IMG/VR virus record: IMGVR_UViG_3300034358_000008 | Coordinates: 186,001-250,000 of that record | Direction: 5' to 3' (one strand) | DNA length: 64,000 nt | In this document: in pieces, positions 7,488-16,905 of the stretch | Layout: the number at the start of each line of letters is the position of its first letter | Numbering within the stretch: the first letter of the stretch is position 1 | Made by a program: the position numbers and the translations under genes | The notes under the pieces: model-generated | Seen by the model: the letters and a program-made list of their open reading frames with translations, nothing else | The model's database searches: none | Told to the model about the DNA's origin: nothing

Positions 7488-9707
7488 ATGAAAACTTTGA
7501 AATCTCTTCTGAAGGCTAGCGCCACAGATAAACCAGTCTTCTCCATGGAAGCATTCGTAAGCAAGCTGAACCTCGAAAACGATCTGGCCGATGGCGTGTT
7601 TAATACCGCAGCTGGTCTGGCCGCTACCGTAGGTCTGGAAAGCTTTGGTCAAAAGGATGACGCTCAAGCTGCGTCGAACGTATTCAAGACTCTGACTCAG
7701 ATGGCTACCAAGCTGGGCTTTGAGCAGTACATCTCCGAAGACGCTCGCGTTGCAGAGAACCAACTGACTGCTGCTTTCCTGGGTACTATTGCTGCCGCTA
7801 ACCCGGATCAGTACATCAAGGCTCTGCGTGGCCTGTCGAAGGTAATCCCTTCGAACGAAGCTATCAAAACCATCGAACACAAATTCGACGGTCCTGCCGG
7901 TTCCCTGCAAGTATTTGACGCTGAAGGCGCCAAGACCATGGGTCTGGAAAACTACAACGAGAAATCGCAACGTGACTTCCGTGTTGTAACCGTTGGTTAT
8001 AACCTGGCAGCTTCCCGTCAGGATGAGTTCTCCGAGCGCATCTACCCAACTACCGTTATCAACCCTATCGAGGGTGGTGTAGTTCAGGTACTGCCGTACA
8101 TCGCTGTAATGAAAGACGTCCATCACGCTGTTAACGGTGCTCGTTGGAAGAACGAAGAAGTGAACATGGTAGAAGCATACCGTGATCCGTCGATTCTTGA
8201 CGACAACGCTACTGATCTGATCGTTGCGATCGATCCAGCTGGTACCAACCTGGACTTCTTCGTTGACCCGGCTCTGATTCCTGCTGAGACCATTGTTAAC
8301 GAACAAAACCTGTCGATCGAAACCGCTCCTCTGAAGCCTGGTATTCGTATTGACCTGATCGGTAACTCCAACGCTAACCTGCTGATCTCGGCTGGCATGC
8401 TGGAAGTATCTGATACCATCGACCCTGCTGGTCGTCTGAAGAACCTGTACGTTAAGTTCCAAGGTAAAGTTGTTAAGTTCAAAGTTGACCGCATGCCTCG
8501 CGCTGTGTTCCAACCTGACCTGATCGGCGACACCCGTGGCGCACGTATCGACTTCTGGACTGATGATCTGAGCGTAAGTTCGATCACCCGTACTATCGAC
8601 GGCGTACAAACTGCTGCAATGCAAGAACTGACCCAGCGTGAATGGGTACTGCGTCTGAGCGTTGACTTCAGCGGTAACATCAGCACCTCGAAAGGTGACT
8701 CCCGCTTCAACAACGGTACTGCCGAAATCTCGGCTATCCTGAACTCTGACCGTCGTCCAGTAGATATGAAATCTGGCGCTGGTAAAGTTCTGGTTGATTC
8801 GATCACCGATCTGGAAATCGTTGGTTTCGACCTGCTCACTCGGTTCACCAACACTAACCGCCGTCAACGTGGTCACCTGTTGCAAACCCGTGCTCTGCAA
8901 TTCCGTCACCCAATCCCGATGCACGCTCCAGTGACTCTGCCACTGAGCACCATGGAAGATGAAGGTCCAGGCGAAGTTGTTAAAGCACTGACCGTGAACA
9001 CCAACATTCGTAACAGCAACAACGCTGTTAAGACTCTGTTGAACTACCTGGCTCAACTGCGTGAACTGACTGGTAATGGTTTCAACCGTCCAGTTATCAA
9101 CGTGTACGAAGGTGCGCTGGCCGCAGTAATGCGTCCTACCTACCACTTCGAACGCATGCACTTGCCAGACATGATCGATACCCTGAAGTCGAAAGATCGT
9201 TGGGACGACGTTTGCTCCGCTATCCTGAACAAAGTTAAAGGTGCGCTGTTCCCAGCCTACCGTAACTCGAACATCGAAGCTGCTTTCCGAGTGATCTCGG
9301 GCAACCAAGATGAGCGTCCAATGTTCCTGTTCTGCTCGGACAAAGAGATCGCCAACTACCTGATGACCAAAGGTGACGACCGTACCCTGGGTGCTTACCT
9401 CGAGTACGACATCGTATCGACCAACAACGAACTGTTCGACGGTAAGCTGGTAGTAGTACCAACCCGTAAGACCCCAGTAGAGAACGACATCCTGAGCTTC
9501 GGTCAGTTCTTCTACGTGTCGACTATCATCGCCGATCTTCCGATCAGCCGTGGCGGTCACCAGGTCTCCCGTGAGATCGCAGCCATTCCTTTCAACCTGC
9601 ACATCAACAACATTCCATTCGCACTGGAATTTGAAGTAACAGGCTTCCAGGAAGTAATGGGTCACTCGCAGTGGAACAAGCCCGTCGTTGACGGCCTGAA
9701 TGCCTGA
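7488..9707 (+). CDS. Major capsid protein (phiKZ gp120-like)
   Basis: 739 aa; strong codon bias; propeptide with SME/GLE sites; YNLAASRQDEFSERIYPT and NRRQRG motifs recognised from phiKZ-like MCPs. Confidence 0.92.
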   Translation: MKTLKSLLKASATDKPVFSMEAFVSKLNLENDLADGVFNTAAGLAATVGLESFGQKDDAQAASNVFKTLTQMATKLGFEQYISEDARVAENQLTAAFLGTIAAANPDQYIKALRGLSKVIPSNEAIKTIEHKFDGPAGSLQVFDAEGAKTMGLENYNEKSQRDFRVVTVGYNLAASRQDEFSERIYPTTVINPIEGGVVQVLPYIAVMKDVHHAVNGARWKNEEVNMVEAYRDPSILDDNATDLIVAIDPAGTNLDFFVDPALIPAETIVNEQNLSIETAPLKPGIRIDLIGNSNANLLISAGMLEVSDTIDPAGRLKNLYVKFQGKVVKFKVDRMPRAVFQPDLIGDTRGARIDFWTDDLSVSSITRTIDGVQTAAMQELTQREWVLRLSVDFSGNISTSKGDSRFNNGTAEISAILNSDRRPVDMKSGAGKVLVDSITDLEIVGFDLLTRFTNTNRRQRGHLLQTRALQFRHPIPMHAPVTLPLSTMEDEGPGEVVKALTVNTNIRNSNNAVKTLLNYLAQLRELTGNGFNRPVINVYEGALAAVMRPTYHFERMHLPDMIDTLKSKDRWDDVCSAILNKVKGALFPAYRNSNIEAAFRVISGNQDERPMFLFCSDKEIANYLMTKGDDRTLGAYLEYDIVSTNNELFDGKLVVVPTRKTPVENDILSFGQFFYVSTIIADLPISRGGHQVSREIAAIPFNLHINNIPFALEFEVTGFQEVMGHSQWNKPVVDGLNA

Positions 9708-9794
9708 GACCGAAAGGGCGGTTCCCGCTACTCCGAAGACGGTACAAGTCTGAGGTTTGATGAAAGCGGGGACTCCCGCCGACTAGAGCGGTGA
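9708..9794 (+). other. Putative in-frame readthrough extension of MCP (28 aa)
   Basis: DRKGGSRYSEDGTSLRFDESGDSRRLER then TGA; no ATG/GTG/TTG start; matches the C-terminus of 35969..36508. Confidence 0.65.
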
Positions 9795-9802
9795 CACTAG
9801 GT

Positions 9803-9836
9803 TATAGAGCCCCTACCAATCGGTAGGGGTTTTATG
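9803..9836 (+). terminator. Terminator of MCP transcript
   Basis: GCCCCTACC-AATC-GGTAGGGGT then TTTATG. Confidence 0.8.
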
Positions 9837-9860
9837 ACGTCTTGAGCTTAATAGAATTTA

Positions 9861-9877
9861 TTTCAAGTTTATATCAT
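9861..9877 (+). promoter_or_regulatory. phiKZ-type early (virion RNAP) promoter
   Basis: TTTCAAGTT-TATATCAT, resembling the phiKZ early consensus TATATTAC. Confidence 0.6.
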
Positions 9878-9919
9878 GCTTGGGTAATTACAATTAATGT
9901 TATCTAAAGGATTTATCGA

Positions 9920-10390
9920 ATGAGCTTTCTTTCCCGTTACTGGAATGCTGTTGAAAGACAACATACCGAAACTGGTATGAACCATGGTGACATTCGTGTG
10001 GATGTCAAACTCTTAAAAGAAAATACTCGGGTGAGTGATATTGTAGATCCCCAACCAACCCAACCTAAACCTCAAACCAACCGTCCTATCAAGGATGGAT
10101 CTATGCCCTCTACTAAATTTGAACGGGGGTCGGCTAGGCCGTACCAACGAGTTCAAGAAATGGCAGAAGATACACGGCCAATCCGCGAAGCGAAAGCTTC
10201 ACGAAACCGCAGTGTGGAAAACGAACGATCGGGGGGATCGGGTACAAGTGGTGATCAAACGAAAACGACCGCCAGGGAAGTTAAACGTCTTAGAAATAAG
10301 GCGTTGAAGAAACTAGGGGCTGGACGCAAAGTAAATGTCCAGTTAGATAAGGTAGTCATTGATGGACAATCTTGGCATCAAACGGCCTAA
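9920..10390 (+). CDS. Hypothetical basic, low-complexity protein
   Basis: AAGGA RBS; first gene after the early promoter. Confidence 0.7.
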   Translation: MSFLSRYWNAVERQHTETGMNHGDIRVDVKLLKENTRVSDIVDPQPTQPKPQTNRPIKDGSMPSTKFERGSARPYQRVQEMAEDTRPIREAKASRNRSVENERSGGSGTSGDQTKTTAREVKRLRNKALKKLGAGRKVNVQLDKVVIDGQSWHQTA

Positions 10391-11402
10391 GGTAATTGAC
10401 TGTAACCCCTCCCTAGATCCTCCGCAGTATGCTGGTAGTACGTATGACACGAGAGACGTTTATAACGCCTACTCGAGGCCAAGGGGACCACGTAGCGTTG
10501 ATGTGTTAAATACATCTCCCATTCCTTTGTCAGTAATGTATTCTGACGGCATGGTGGTAAACATCCCATCTGACAATCAGAGCTTCAAACAAGAAGCGAC
10601 CGTAATAGTGCGTTATGAGATTTCAGGGGGTGCTACAATTCCCTGGGCTAACGTTAGCAAGAACTTACCAGAGCAAGACGTAGCATTCATCCAAAAGGTG
10701 AAAGAGCGATTCGACCGTGAGGTTAATAATGGATCGTATGCTCCGTGTGTGGTGGAGTTCTATTACATCGTCGATATCGGGGATTTAGATTATCGACCAA
10801 ATGGAATATACATCAAGCCAGCTGATGTTCAGTTGGTGTCAACGCGTCATCTGGACGTAGCGGTTCCATACCGAAGACAGGCACAAATAGGCATAGCAGA
10901 CTTTAACGATGATGAGGGGGTGTCTCAAGCAGCGACATGTATGGCTGCTTACGTTGTTCATGATCCTACCGATCGTGAGACGTTGTTTATGGTTTCAACA
11001 ACTGGCCTAGTTGTGTTAGATCCGGTGTGCACTCAAGAACTACCTGAGGGTGTACATCTAATCTCTATTGGCGGTCGTAGGTCTCCCGGAGATACGAGAA
11101 CGTCTGAGGTGGAACATATTCCAATTGCTGACTTCCGCAAGCGAATGTGCTTTCGCGGACTAGACAACTTTAATAACAACTTTGATCGAGAGACCAAGTC
11201 GTTACCTAAAGCTGATGTCGACAAAATGTTTAAGCGTATGCAAGAGTTCCTGGATCAAAATCTAATACCACCGAATGTACAGGGTGGACCGGAACAGTTG
11301 GTAGACATTCGTTGTTTCTTTGGACACAGTTTGAAAGAGGTATTAGGTGTACTCGATCATGCAGTGAAGCTGAAGACCAACATTGAAAAACTTGTTAGCT
11401 AG
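10362..11402 (+). CDS. Hypothetical protein upstream of nvRNAP subunit
   Basis: Long ORF in operon; synteny. Confidence 0.8.
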   Translation: MDNLGIKRPKVIDCNPSLDPPQYAGSTYDTRDVYNAYSRPRGPRSVDVLNTSPIPLSVMYSDGMVVNIPSDNQSFKQEATVIVRYEISGGATIPWANVSKNLPEQDVAFIQKVKERFDREVNNGSYAPCVVEFYYIVDIGDLDYRPNGIYIKPADVQLVSTRHLDVAVPYRRQAQIGIADFNDDEGVSQAATCMAAYVVHDPTDRETLFMVSTTGLVVLDPVCTQELPEGVHLISIGGRRSPGDTRTSEVEHIPIADFRKRMCFRGLDNFNNNFDRETKSLPKADVDKMFKRMQEFLDQNLIPPNVQGGPEQLVDIRCFFGHSLKEVLGVLDHAVKLKTNIEKLVS

Positions 11403-11414
11403 GTAGATGGCAGT

Positions 11415-13037
11415 ATGGATAAATTCCTCATCAGTAAAATGTTGGAACGAACACCGGCTTTCAATAAAACGATTGCTGACGGCATTGCCTTGGATCACTT
11501 AATGGGTGTGAACTCAGGTGGTGTATGTAACCGGCGTGCTTACATTGACCAACTCTGGGCGATTAACGCCATGATGTTCCCAGAGGGTTTCAAGTACGAG
11601 GGGAGTGTTGTCTGCCGACCTGAGAAGATGTTCGATGAGATTACACGGGAGTATGGTTCGAAGCGTAATGCAAACATCGCTAAGACCAACATCCGAATGA
11701 TCGCATTGAAGAGTTCATTCAAAGGCGAACCTCTGTTTGACCGTCACATCCTCATCCCGTTCGTAGAACAGGCTGGGACAACGTGCATCAACGGCGCGAA
11801 GTATGGCCTGTCTCCAGTAATGACTGACGTAGGTTATTCTGTACTGAACAACAGTTTGTTTATTCCGTTCCAACGGGCCAAGCTTACGTTCAAGCAGGTG
11901 GACCATCATTACGTTTGTAATGGTAAGCGTGAGATCATGTACGTGATCTGGTCGCAAGTCCACAACGAGATGTCCAAGCGTACGAAGCGTGACCTTGATA
12001 ACCGACCACACATCGAATCGTGCGTGGCACAATACTTCTTCTGTGAGTTCGGTGTAAAGGAAACATTCAAGCGTTGGGCTAATGCTGATGTACAAATCGG
12101 GTACTTCAAGGATTTCAATCCAACAGACTACCCACGTGACCAATGGAACGTTTATCAATCAGCTGTATTGGTTGGGAAGCATCCTACTGGTGATATGGCT
12201 ATCGCTGTACCTAAGGAAGCAGACTCAGACTTCGTACAACGCTTAATCGCGGGCTTCTGGTATGTAGTCGATGCTTTCCCTAGCCGTTTCGTAGAACCCC
12301 ACTACCTCGACTCTAAGGAGTTGTGGCGGATCATTCTTGGCCTGATGATCTTCGGTGACTTTGAGCACCAAGGTAAATTGGCGGAGAACATCGATTCCCA
12401 CTTGAAGTCCTTCAATAGCTCTCTCGATGAGATGACCATTAAGGAACTGGGTAGCGTTGGGATTAAGGTCACAACGATCTGGGAACTGATGTACAAGATC
12501 ATGACAGACATGGCTCATCACTTGTACGACACTGACTTGGATGAAACCAGTCTGTGGAACAAGAACCTGTCTGTGTTGCGTTATGTGTTTGCTGACTTGA
12601 ACTATGCGATCACCATGTTTGGTTATTCGTTCCAGTCACGTCTTAACAAAGATTGGACCGCTCAAGAAATCAATGACGCCATGAAGCGGTCGTTTAAACT
12701 GAATACCTGTATGCGTAAGCTTACCAGTGAACACGGCGAGTTCGACACTATCAGTTATCCGGGTGATAACAAAGCAATCAAGTTAACGTCGATGGTAGTA
12801 CCGCAGGATCGTGCCCGAACTAAAGGTGGGCATAACAAATCCTTGATCGGTGACTCCAGTCGACTGATTCACGTATCTCTGGCACCAATCGGCCAATATA
12901 AAAACCAACCTAAGAACAACCCTGATGGTCGTGGCCGACTCAACCTGTATGCGGACGTATCGCATGATGGATTGATTAAGCGTAACGAAACTGATCGGTT
13001 ATTCTTGGATAGCGTTCAAGAACGTTTCAATCGTTAA
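11415..13037 (+). CDS. Non-virion RNA polymerase beta subunit, N-terminal part (phiKZ gp123-like)
   Basis: 540 aa; INGAKYGLSPV motif and C-terminal PDGRGRLN; synteny. Confidence 0.8.
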   Translation: MDKFLISKMLERTPAFNKTIADGIALDHLMGVNSGGVCNRRAYIDQLWAINAMMFPEGFKYEGSVVCRPEKMFDEITREYGSKRNANIAKTNIRMIALKSSFKGEPLFDRHILIPFVEQAGTTCINGAKYGLSPVMTDVGYSVLNNSLFIPFQRAKLTFKQVDHHYVCNGKREIMYVIWSQVHNEMSKRTKRDLDNRPHIESCVAQYFFCEFGVKETFKRWANADVQIGYFKDFNPTDYPRDQWNVYQSAVLVGKHPTGDMAIAVPKEADSDFVQRLIAGFWYVVDAFPSRFVEPHYLDSKELWRIILGLMIFGDFEHQGKLAENIDSHLKSFNSSLDEMTIKELGSVGIKVTTIWELMYKIMTDMAHHLYDTDLDETSLWNKNLSVLRYVFADLNYAITMFGYSFQSRLNKDWTAQEINDAMKRSFKLNTCMRKLTSEHGEFDTISYPGDNKAIKLTSMVVPQDRARTKGGHNKSLIGDSSRLIHVSLAPIGQYKNQPKNNPDGRGRLNLYADVSHDGLIKRNETDRLFLDSVQERFNR

Positions 13038-13052
13038 TAAATAGGAATCAAC

Positions 13053-15173
13053 ATGTTTCAGAATAACCAAGCACCGCAACTGCCAGTTCCTTACAATGGC
13101 ATTGACCCTAGCACCCAGAACCCAAACCTGCCACAAGGCAATGATCGCGTTCCACAAATCCAGCTTTCTCCGTGGATGAATCAGAACCAACAGATCGGGC
13201 TGTATGCTATCGGTCTGTTTCGGTCGATTGCGCAGAGCGCTGTAGGTAACTCCGCTACTCACGTTGCGGCATATAACCTGCTCTCTCAGAACCAGTTCCA
13301 AAACCAACTGTATCCTCAATGGTGTCAGATGGCAGTAGAACTGACTGAGCTTCTGATTCGTGCTAAGAACTATCAACCGGAAGCTGCTGTGAAGATGGCT
13401 GCTCAACGTGTCTATGAAGCATTATTGGGTATGGTGTTCCAAACCTATACCCAACTGCAACAGGTCACCGATAGCAAGTTTTGGCCAGGTCTGCAAACAG
13501 CTGCTCAGATCTACCAACAGGTAGTGAACGATATCAACGGTTTCCGTAACGGTGGTATGCAGCAACAACCACAGCAGAACTTCCAACAAGGCAATGGCAG
13601 TTATAACGGTGGTTCTCAACTACCACCGATTAACTTCCAGCAGCAGAACAATGCTTATAGCCAACCACAGAACAATGGGATCAACAACTTCCAGACTTCC
13701 GGTAATGGTCCAGCCTATAGCCAACCTAGTGCTTACAGCCAGCCAACCGCACATGGTGCCGAAGGCGTAGGTAATAGTTTCTATGATGACCCAGCACCAG
13801 TTAAACCGTTGCGTCCAGTAGAAGAGATCAGCAGCGACAACACTGATTATTTCGGTAACCCAATCCGTCAGGAACAACAACCAATGCAAACGTTCAACCA
13901 ACCAACCAGTGGTAACGAGTTCCATCCAACCGAAGATTACACCGACCTGCCTGCACCGATGTCGGTTGATGATGTAGTGATGGACCCAACCTACTACACA
14001 CCAAAAGGTTTCAAGCTGGATATCAATCGTCCGTACGATGCGATCTATAGTCCAGGTGGCGTAGTAACTCGTCCAGCACAACAGGTCGATTGGGAACTGA
14101 CTGTCGGTGATGACATGCCTTGGGAGCAGATGGTTGACCCAAGTCGCTTCTGCTTGTTCTATGTCAAGTTCCCTGATGGCGCAGTAAAAGAGAAATTCGT
14201 AGAATGGACAGCAACCATGAATTACCTTCAACATGAACAAGACGCAGAGATGCGTCGTAAAGCCTATCGTCCGAATGGTGAAGTCGTTGCATCGGATACT
14301 CCAATCTCCACGATCGGTGGTGATGCTGCAACTGAGTCCGATGTATTCTCGATGGTTCAAGATGGTCACCTGAAACGTAGTGCAGTTCCGCCAGTTATCT
14401 TGGCTACTACTTTCTCCGGTGCAACTGATCTCGAAGTTGAGATGACTGTACGTGAAGAACTCCAGAACCTTCTGGAAGTTGCATTCACCAAAGACATCCC
14501 AATGCCAGCAGCAGAGTATCGTTCGACTTTCCTGCATCCGATCAACGTATCGGAAGAGTGCTTCAACAAGCTGACCATGGTTAGCAAACAAGAAGAACTG
14601 TCTCAGGTTGCCTTGCAGTTGCGTGAACTGGTTCTGCAAGACGTACTGCCAGTGCGTTACTTCCGTTTCATCAATGATCGTCTGACCAAGGCTGTCAATG
14701 GTGTACTGGCAGATGGCATGACACTGAACATGGACATCACAGATTTCTGTGAAGACTATCTGGAACTGGAAGACTATCTGGCTTCCAAGAAAGGCGATGC
14801 AATGGTTCAAGTTCTGCGTGGTTCCGTCCACAGCGTTCTGAACAAAGCTATGCACCTGATGGAAACCGTGGAAAGCACCGATGCTGATGCTACACCGGTA
14901 TACCAGATTGCCGACAACTACATCAACTTCCAACTGGGTTGGACTTTGGATCAGCTGTCGACTCAGAACGTCCGTAATGGTAAAGCTGTACTGATCTCTG
15001 CATCGGCACACCCAACCTTGCTGGAAGCTCTGCGTGGTATGATCACTCGTGCCGCTACCAACGAAGAGTTCGTTGCTGGTACTATGCGTCTGATCACTTC
15101 GGATGGCGTGTATCTGGAAGTTATCAAAGGTCGTCTGATGCAGAAAGCAACTCTGCTCAAGATGATCAAGTAA
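13053..15173 (+). CDS. Hypothetical protein with Q/N-rich linker
   Basis: 706 aa; strong codon bias; AGGA RBS. Confidence 0.85.
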   Translation: MFQNNQAPQLPVPYNGIDPSTQNPNLPQGNDRVPQIQLSPWMNQNQQIGLYAIGLFRSIAQSAVGNSATHVAAYNLLSQNQFQNQLYPQWCQMAVELTELLIRAKNYQPEAAVKMAAQRVYEALLGMVFQTYTQLQQVTDSKFWPGLQTAAQIYQQVVNDINGFRNGGMQQQPQQNFQQGNGSYNGGSQLPPINFQQQNNAYSQPQNNGINNFQTSGNGPAYSQPSAYSQPTAHGAEGVGNSFYDDPAPVKPLRPVEEISSDNTDYFGNPIRQEQQPMQTFNQPTSGNEFHPTEDYTDLPAPMSVDDVVMDPTYYTPKGFKLDINRPYDAIYSPGGVVTRPAQQVDWELTVGDDMPWEQMVDPSRFCLFYVKFPDGAVKEKFVEWTATMNYLQHEQDAEMRRKAYRPNGEVVASDTPISTIGGDAATESDVFSMVQDGHLKRSAVPPVILATTFSGATDLEVEMTVREELQNLLEVAFTKDIPMPAAEYRSTFLHPINVSEECFNKLTMVSKQEELSQVALQLRELVLQDVLPVRYFRFINDRLTKAVNGVLADGMTLNMDITDFCEDYLELEDYLASKKGDAMVQVLRGSVHSVLNKAMHLMETVESTDADATPVYQIADNYINFQLGWTLDQLSTQNVRNGKAVLISASAHPTLLEALRGMITRAATNEEFVAGTMRLITSDGVYLEVIKGRLMQKATLLKMIK

Positions 15174-15176
15174 CTG

Positions 15177-15209
15177 CATAGACGCCCTACCTTCGGGTAG
15201 GGCTTTATG
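15177..15209 (+). terminator. CATA...TATG hairpin terminator
   Basis: GCCCTACC-TTCG-GGTAGGGC. Confidence 0.8.
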
Positions 15210-15221
15210 TCATTTGAATCC

Positions 15222-15239
15222 TTTTAAAGACTATATTAC
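15222..15239 (+). promoter_or_regulatory. phiKZ-type early promoter
   Basis: TTTTAAAGAC-TATATTAC, exact early core. Confidence 0.7.
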
Positions 15240-15279
15240 AAACGTGATGTAGTACCTAACCTATCTAGAGGATCTTACA

Positions 15280-15735
15280 ATGGCTGTAGTTAAAACGAAT
15301 CGCAGTTGCACCCGTTCTCCTATCGTATCCATCGAAGTTAAACGGGTTGATCCACGTGAAGCTGAAGCACGTAATTTGATTATGTGGTTTAAGACTGTTC
15401 CTTCGGGAGCAATCAACCCATGCCTGGCTACCACGTTCGCATTGCATCTGGGTGAGATGCGCGCTGTTGACCGTCTGAAGTCGTTGGTTGTTAAAGACCT
15501 CGACATCGTTGCACCGGGAGTTGCACCTAATTTCCTGCGTGTGAAAACGATTGACGGTACGGATGGCGTACCTATGTACGTTGTGGGTTACATGGAATAC
15601 ATGGCGGCCACAGATGCATACGAGGAACACTTCTCGTCTATGTGCACTCAACACTACACCCACATCGTGGACGCGTTCAAGTGCCTGCAACTGCGGCTCG
15701 AAAGCGAACACCCCTACAAGTCTGTAAGGATCTAA
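15280..15735 (+). CDS. Hypothetical early protein
   Basis: GAGGA RBS after the early promoter. Confidence 0.75.
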   Translation: MAVVKTNRSCTRSPIVSIEVKRVDPREAEARNLIMWFKTVPSGAINPCLATTFALHLGEMRAVDRLKSLVVKDLDIVAPGVAPNFLRVKTIDGTDGVPMYVVGYMEYMAATDAYEEHFSSMCTQHYTHIVDAFKCLQLRLESEHPYKSVRI

Positions 15736-15737
15736 CA

Positions 15738-16208
15738 ATGCGTCTCCCAATTCAACGGATGGCTGATGGGACTATGTACATCACCATCGACTTTGAACAA
15801 ACACCAACCGGTTTTGAAGATGCGATGGAGGAGAGTAGTTTCCGACGTCGTTTGTTGAGTGGTGAATCCGTGGGTGAGTTCAATGCCCCAGATGTATCCG
15901 CATTGACAGGTAATGAAAGCGCTACCATCTATCGCCTTCGTGCCGTAGATGAATCACGCGTTTGCCTGATTCTGTACGACGGTCAGAACTTCGCTAATCG
16001 TTACGTGCAATTAAAGATTCGTCCTTATGGGCGACTGGGTAAAGCATTCAAGATGTCTATGGATGCTAATCCGATGGAAGACCAGTACATCACATTCCGG
16101 CATCAAGCCGAGTATGATGATGAAGCTGGTGAAGACCGCATCACCAATATCTTTAACCTCGATTACACCCCGGTCCAATATGGGCCACACAACACCAAAC
16201 TTATCTAA
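15738..16208 (+). CDS. Head-maturation protease (peptidase S80)-like protein, probably inactive
   Basis: GEFNAP / RAVDESRVC / IRPYGRLG / ITFR / IFNLD resemble gp175-family motifs, without catalytic His/Ser. Confidence 0.5.
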   Translation: MRLPIQRMADGTMYITIDFEQTPTGFEDAMEESSFRRRLLSGESVGEFNAPDVSALTGNESATIYRLRAVDESRVCLILYDGQNFANRYVQLKIRPYGRLGKAFKMSMDANPMEDQYITFRHQAEYDDEAGEDRITNIFNLDYTPVQYGPHNTKLI

Positions 16209-16221
16209 AGGAATTTACCCC

Positions 16222-16905
16222 ATGAACATGACCATCCCAGCTCGTCTTTCCGCACCTCTGTCTACTCTGTTGGCCTTCCTCGGTCGTGAAACAGATTGGA
16301 CTCGTGAAGTAGAACACTCGATCGCGCCAGAAGAAATCTACCTTAAGGACTTGACTGACCTCCCTCTCAATGGGGAAGCCGATATCAAGTACCACGTAGT
16401 TTCTGACATGTCCCTGTGGCGCTGGGCTGATGGAGCCTACCATGAAGTCAATCCATATGTTTACGGCGTTGATGCACAGTACTGGGAGAAGCCCCGTACC
16501 ATTCGCCCAAACACGCAAATCGTGGACTCGTCTGCGGAGTTGGCTAGCCTCAGCCTGGATCAGGTTCGTAAAGGCAGCTCTCCTTCACTGGCAGTCTACT
16601 ACAACCTTATCGCTCTGCGTGCAGACCTTGATATGCTTCGCCGACTTGGCGTTGTAGGTCACAACATGTCCTTGATGGATCTGTTGGGTCGTGGTCCTAA
16701 CACTGATCGAGATCGTAACGTAACAGACTGGTTCCAGCGTGAACACAAAGCTCTCTGCCAATTGCTGGTTTCCAGCGCACGCAGTAAGACCGACATGTTC
16801 GCTCCTGTAATCGATGTACTGCATCACAATGACGCAAGCCTGACGTGGGATGAGAAAGCGAATCGTCCGGTGTTCAAAACCAATGACTTCAAGGTATACC
16901 TGTAA
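16222..16905 (+). CDS. Hypothetical protein
   Basis: AAGGA RBS before ATG 16222. Confidence 0.8.
   Translation: MNMTIPARLSAPLSTLLAFLGRETDWTREVEHSIAPEEIYLKDLTDLPLNGEADIKYHVVSDMSLWRWADGAYHEVNPYVYGVDAQYWEKPRTIRPNTQIVDSSAELASLSLDQVRKGSSPSLAVYYNLIALRADLDMLRRLGVVGHNMSLMDLLGRGPNTDRDRNVTDWFQREHKALCQLLVSSARSKTDMFAPVIDVLHHNDASLTWDEKANRPVFKTNDFKVYL

Noticed and set aside
7410-9665. 751-aa antisense ORF over the MCP (also 2025..3173, 13620..15179, 22076..23443, 38612..39997, 40001..41758, 45167..46324, 52896..54467)
   Set aside because: These are mirror frames of highly biased genes that avoid TTA/CTA/TCA codons. They lack protein-like motifs and convincing starts.
9708-9794. Independent small gene, or tRNA/ribozyme, after the MCP
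   Set aside because: There is no ATG/GTG/TTG start in frame, no cloverleaf, and no complete ribozyme core that I could verify. In-frame readthrough explains the motif better.
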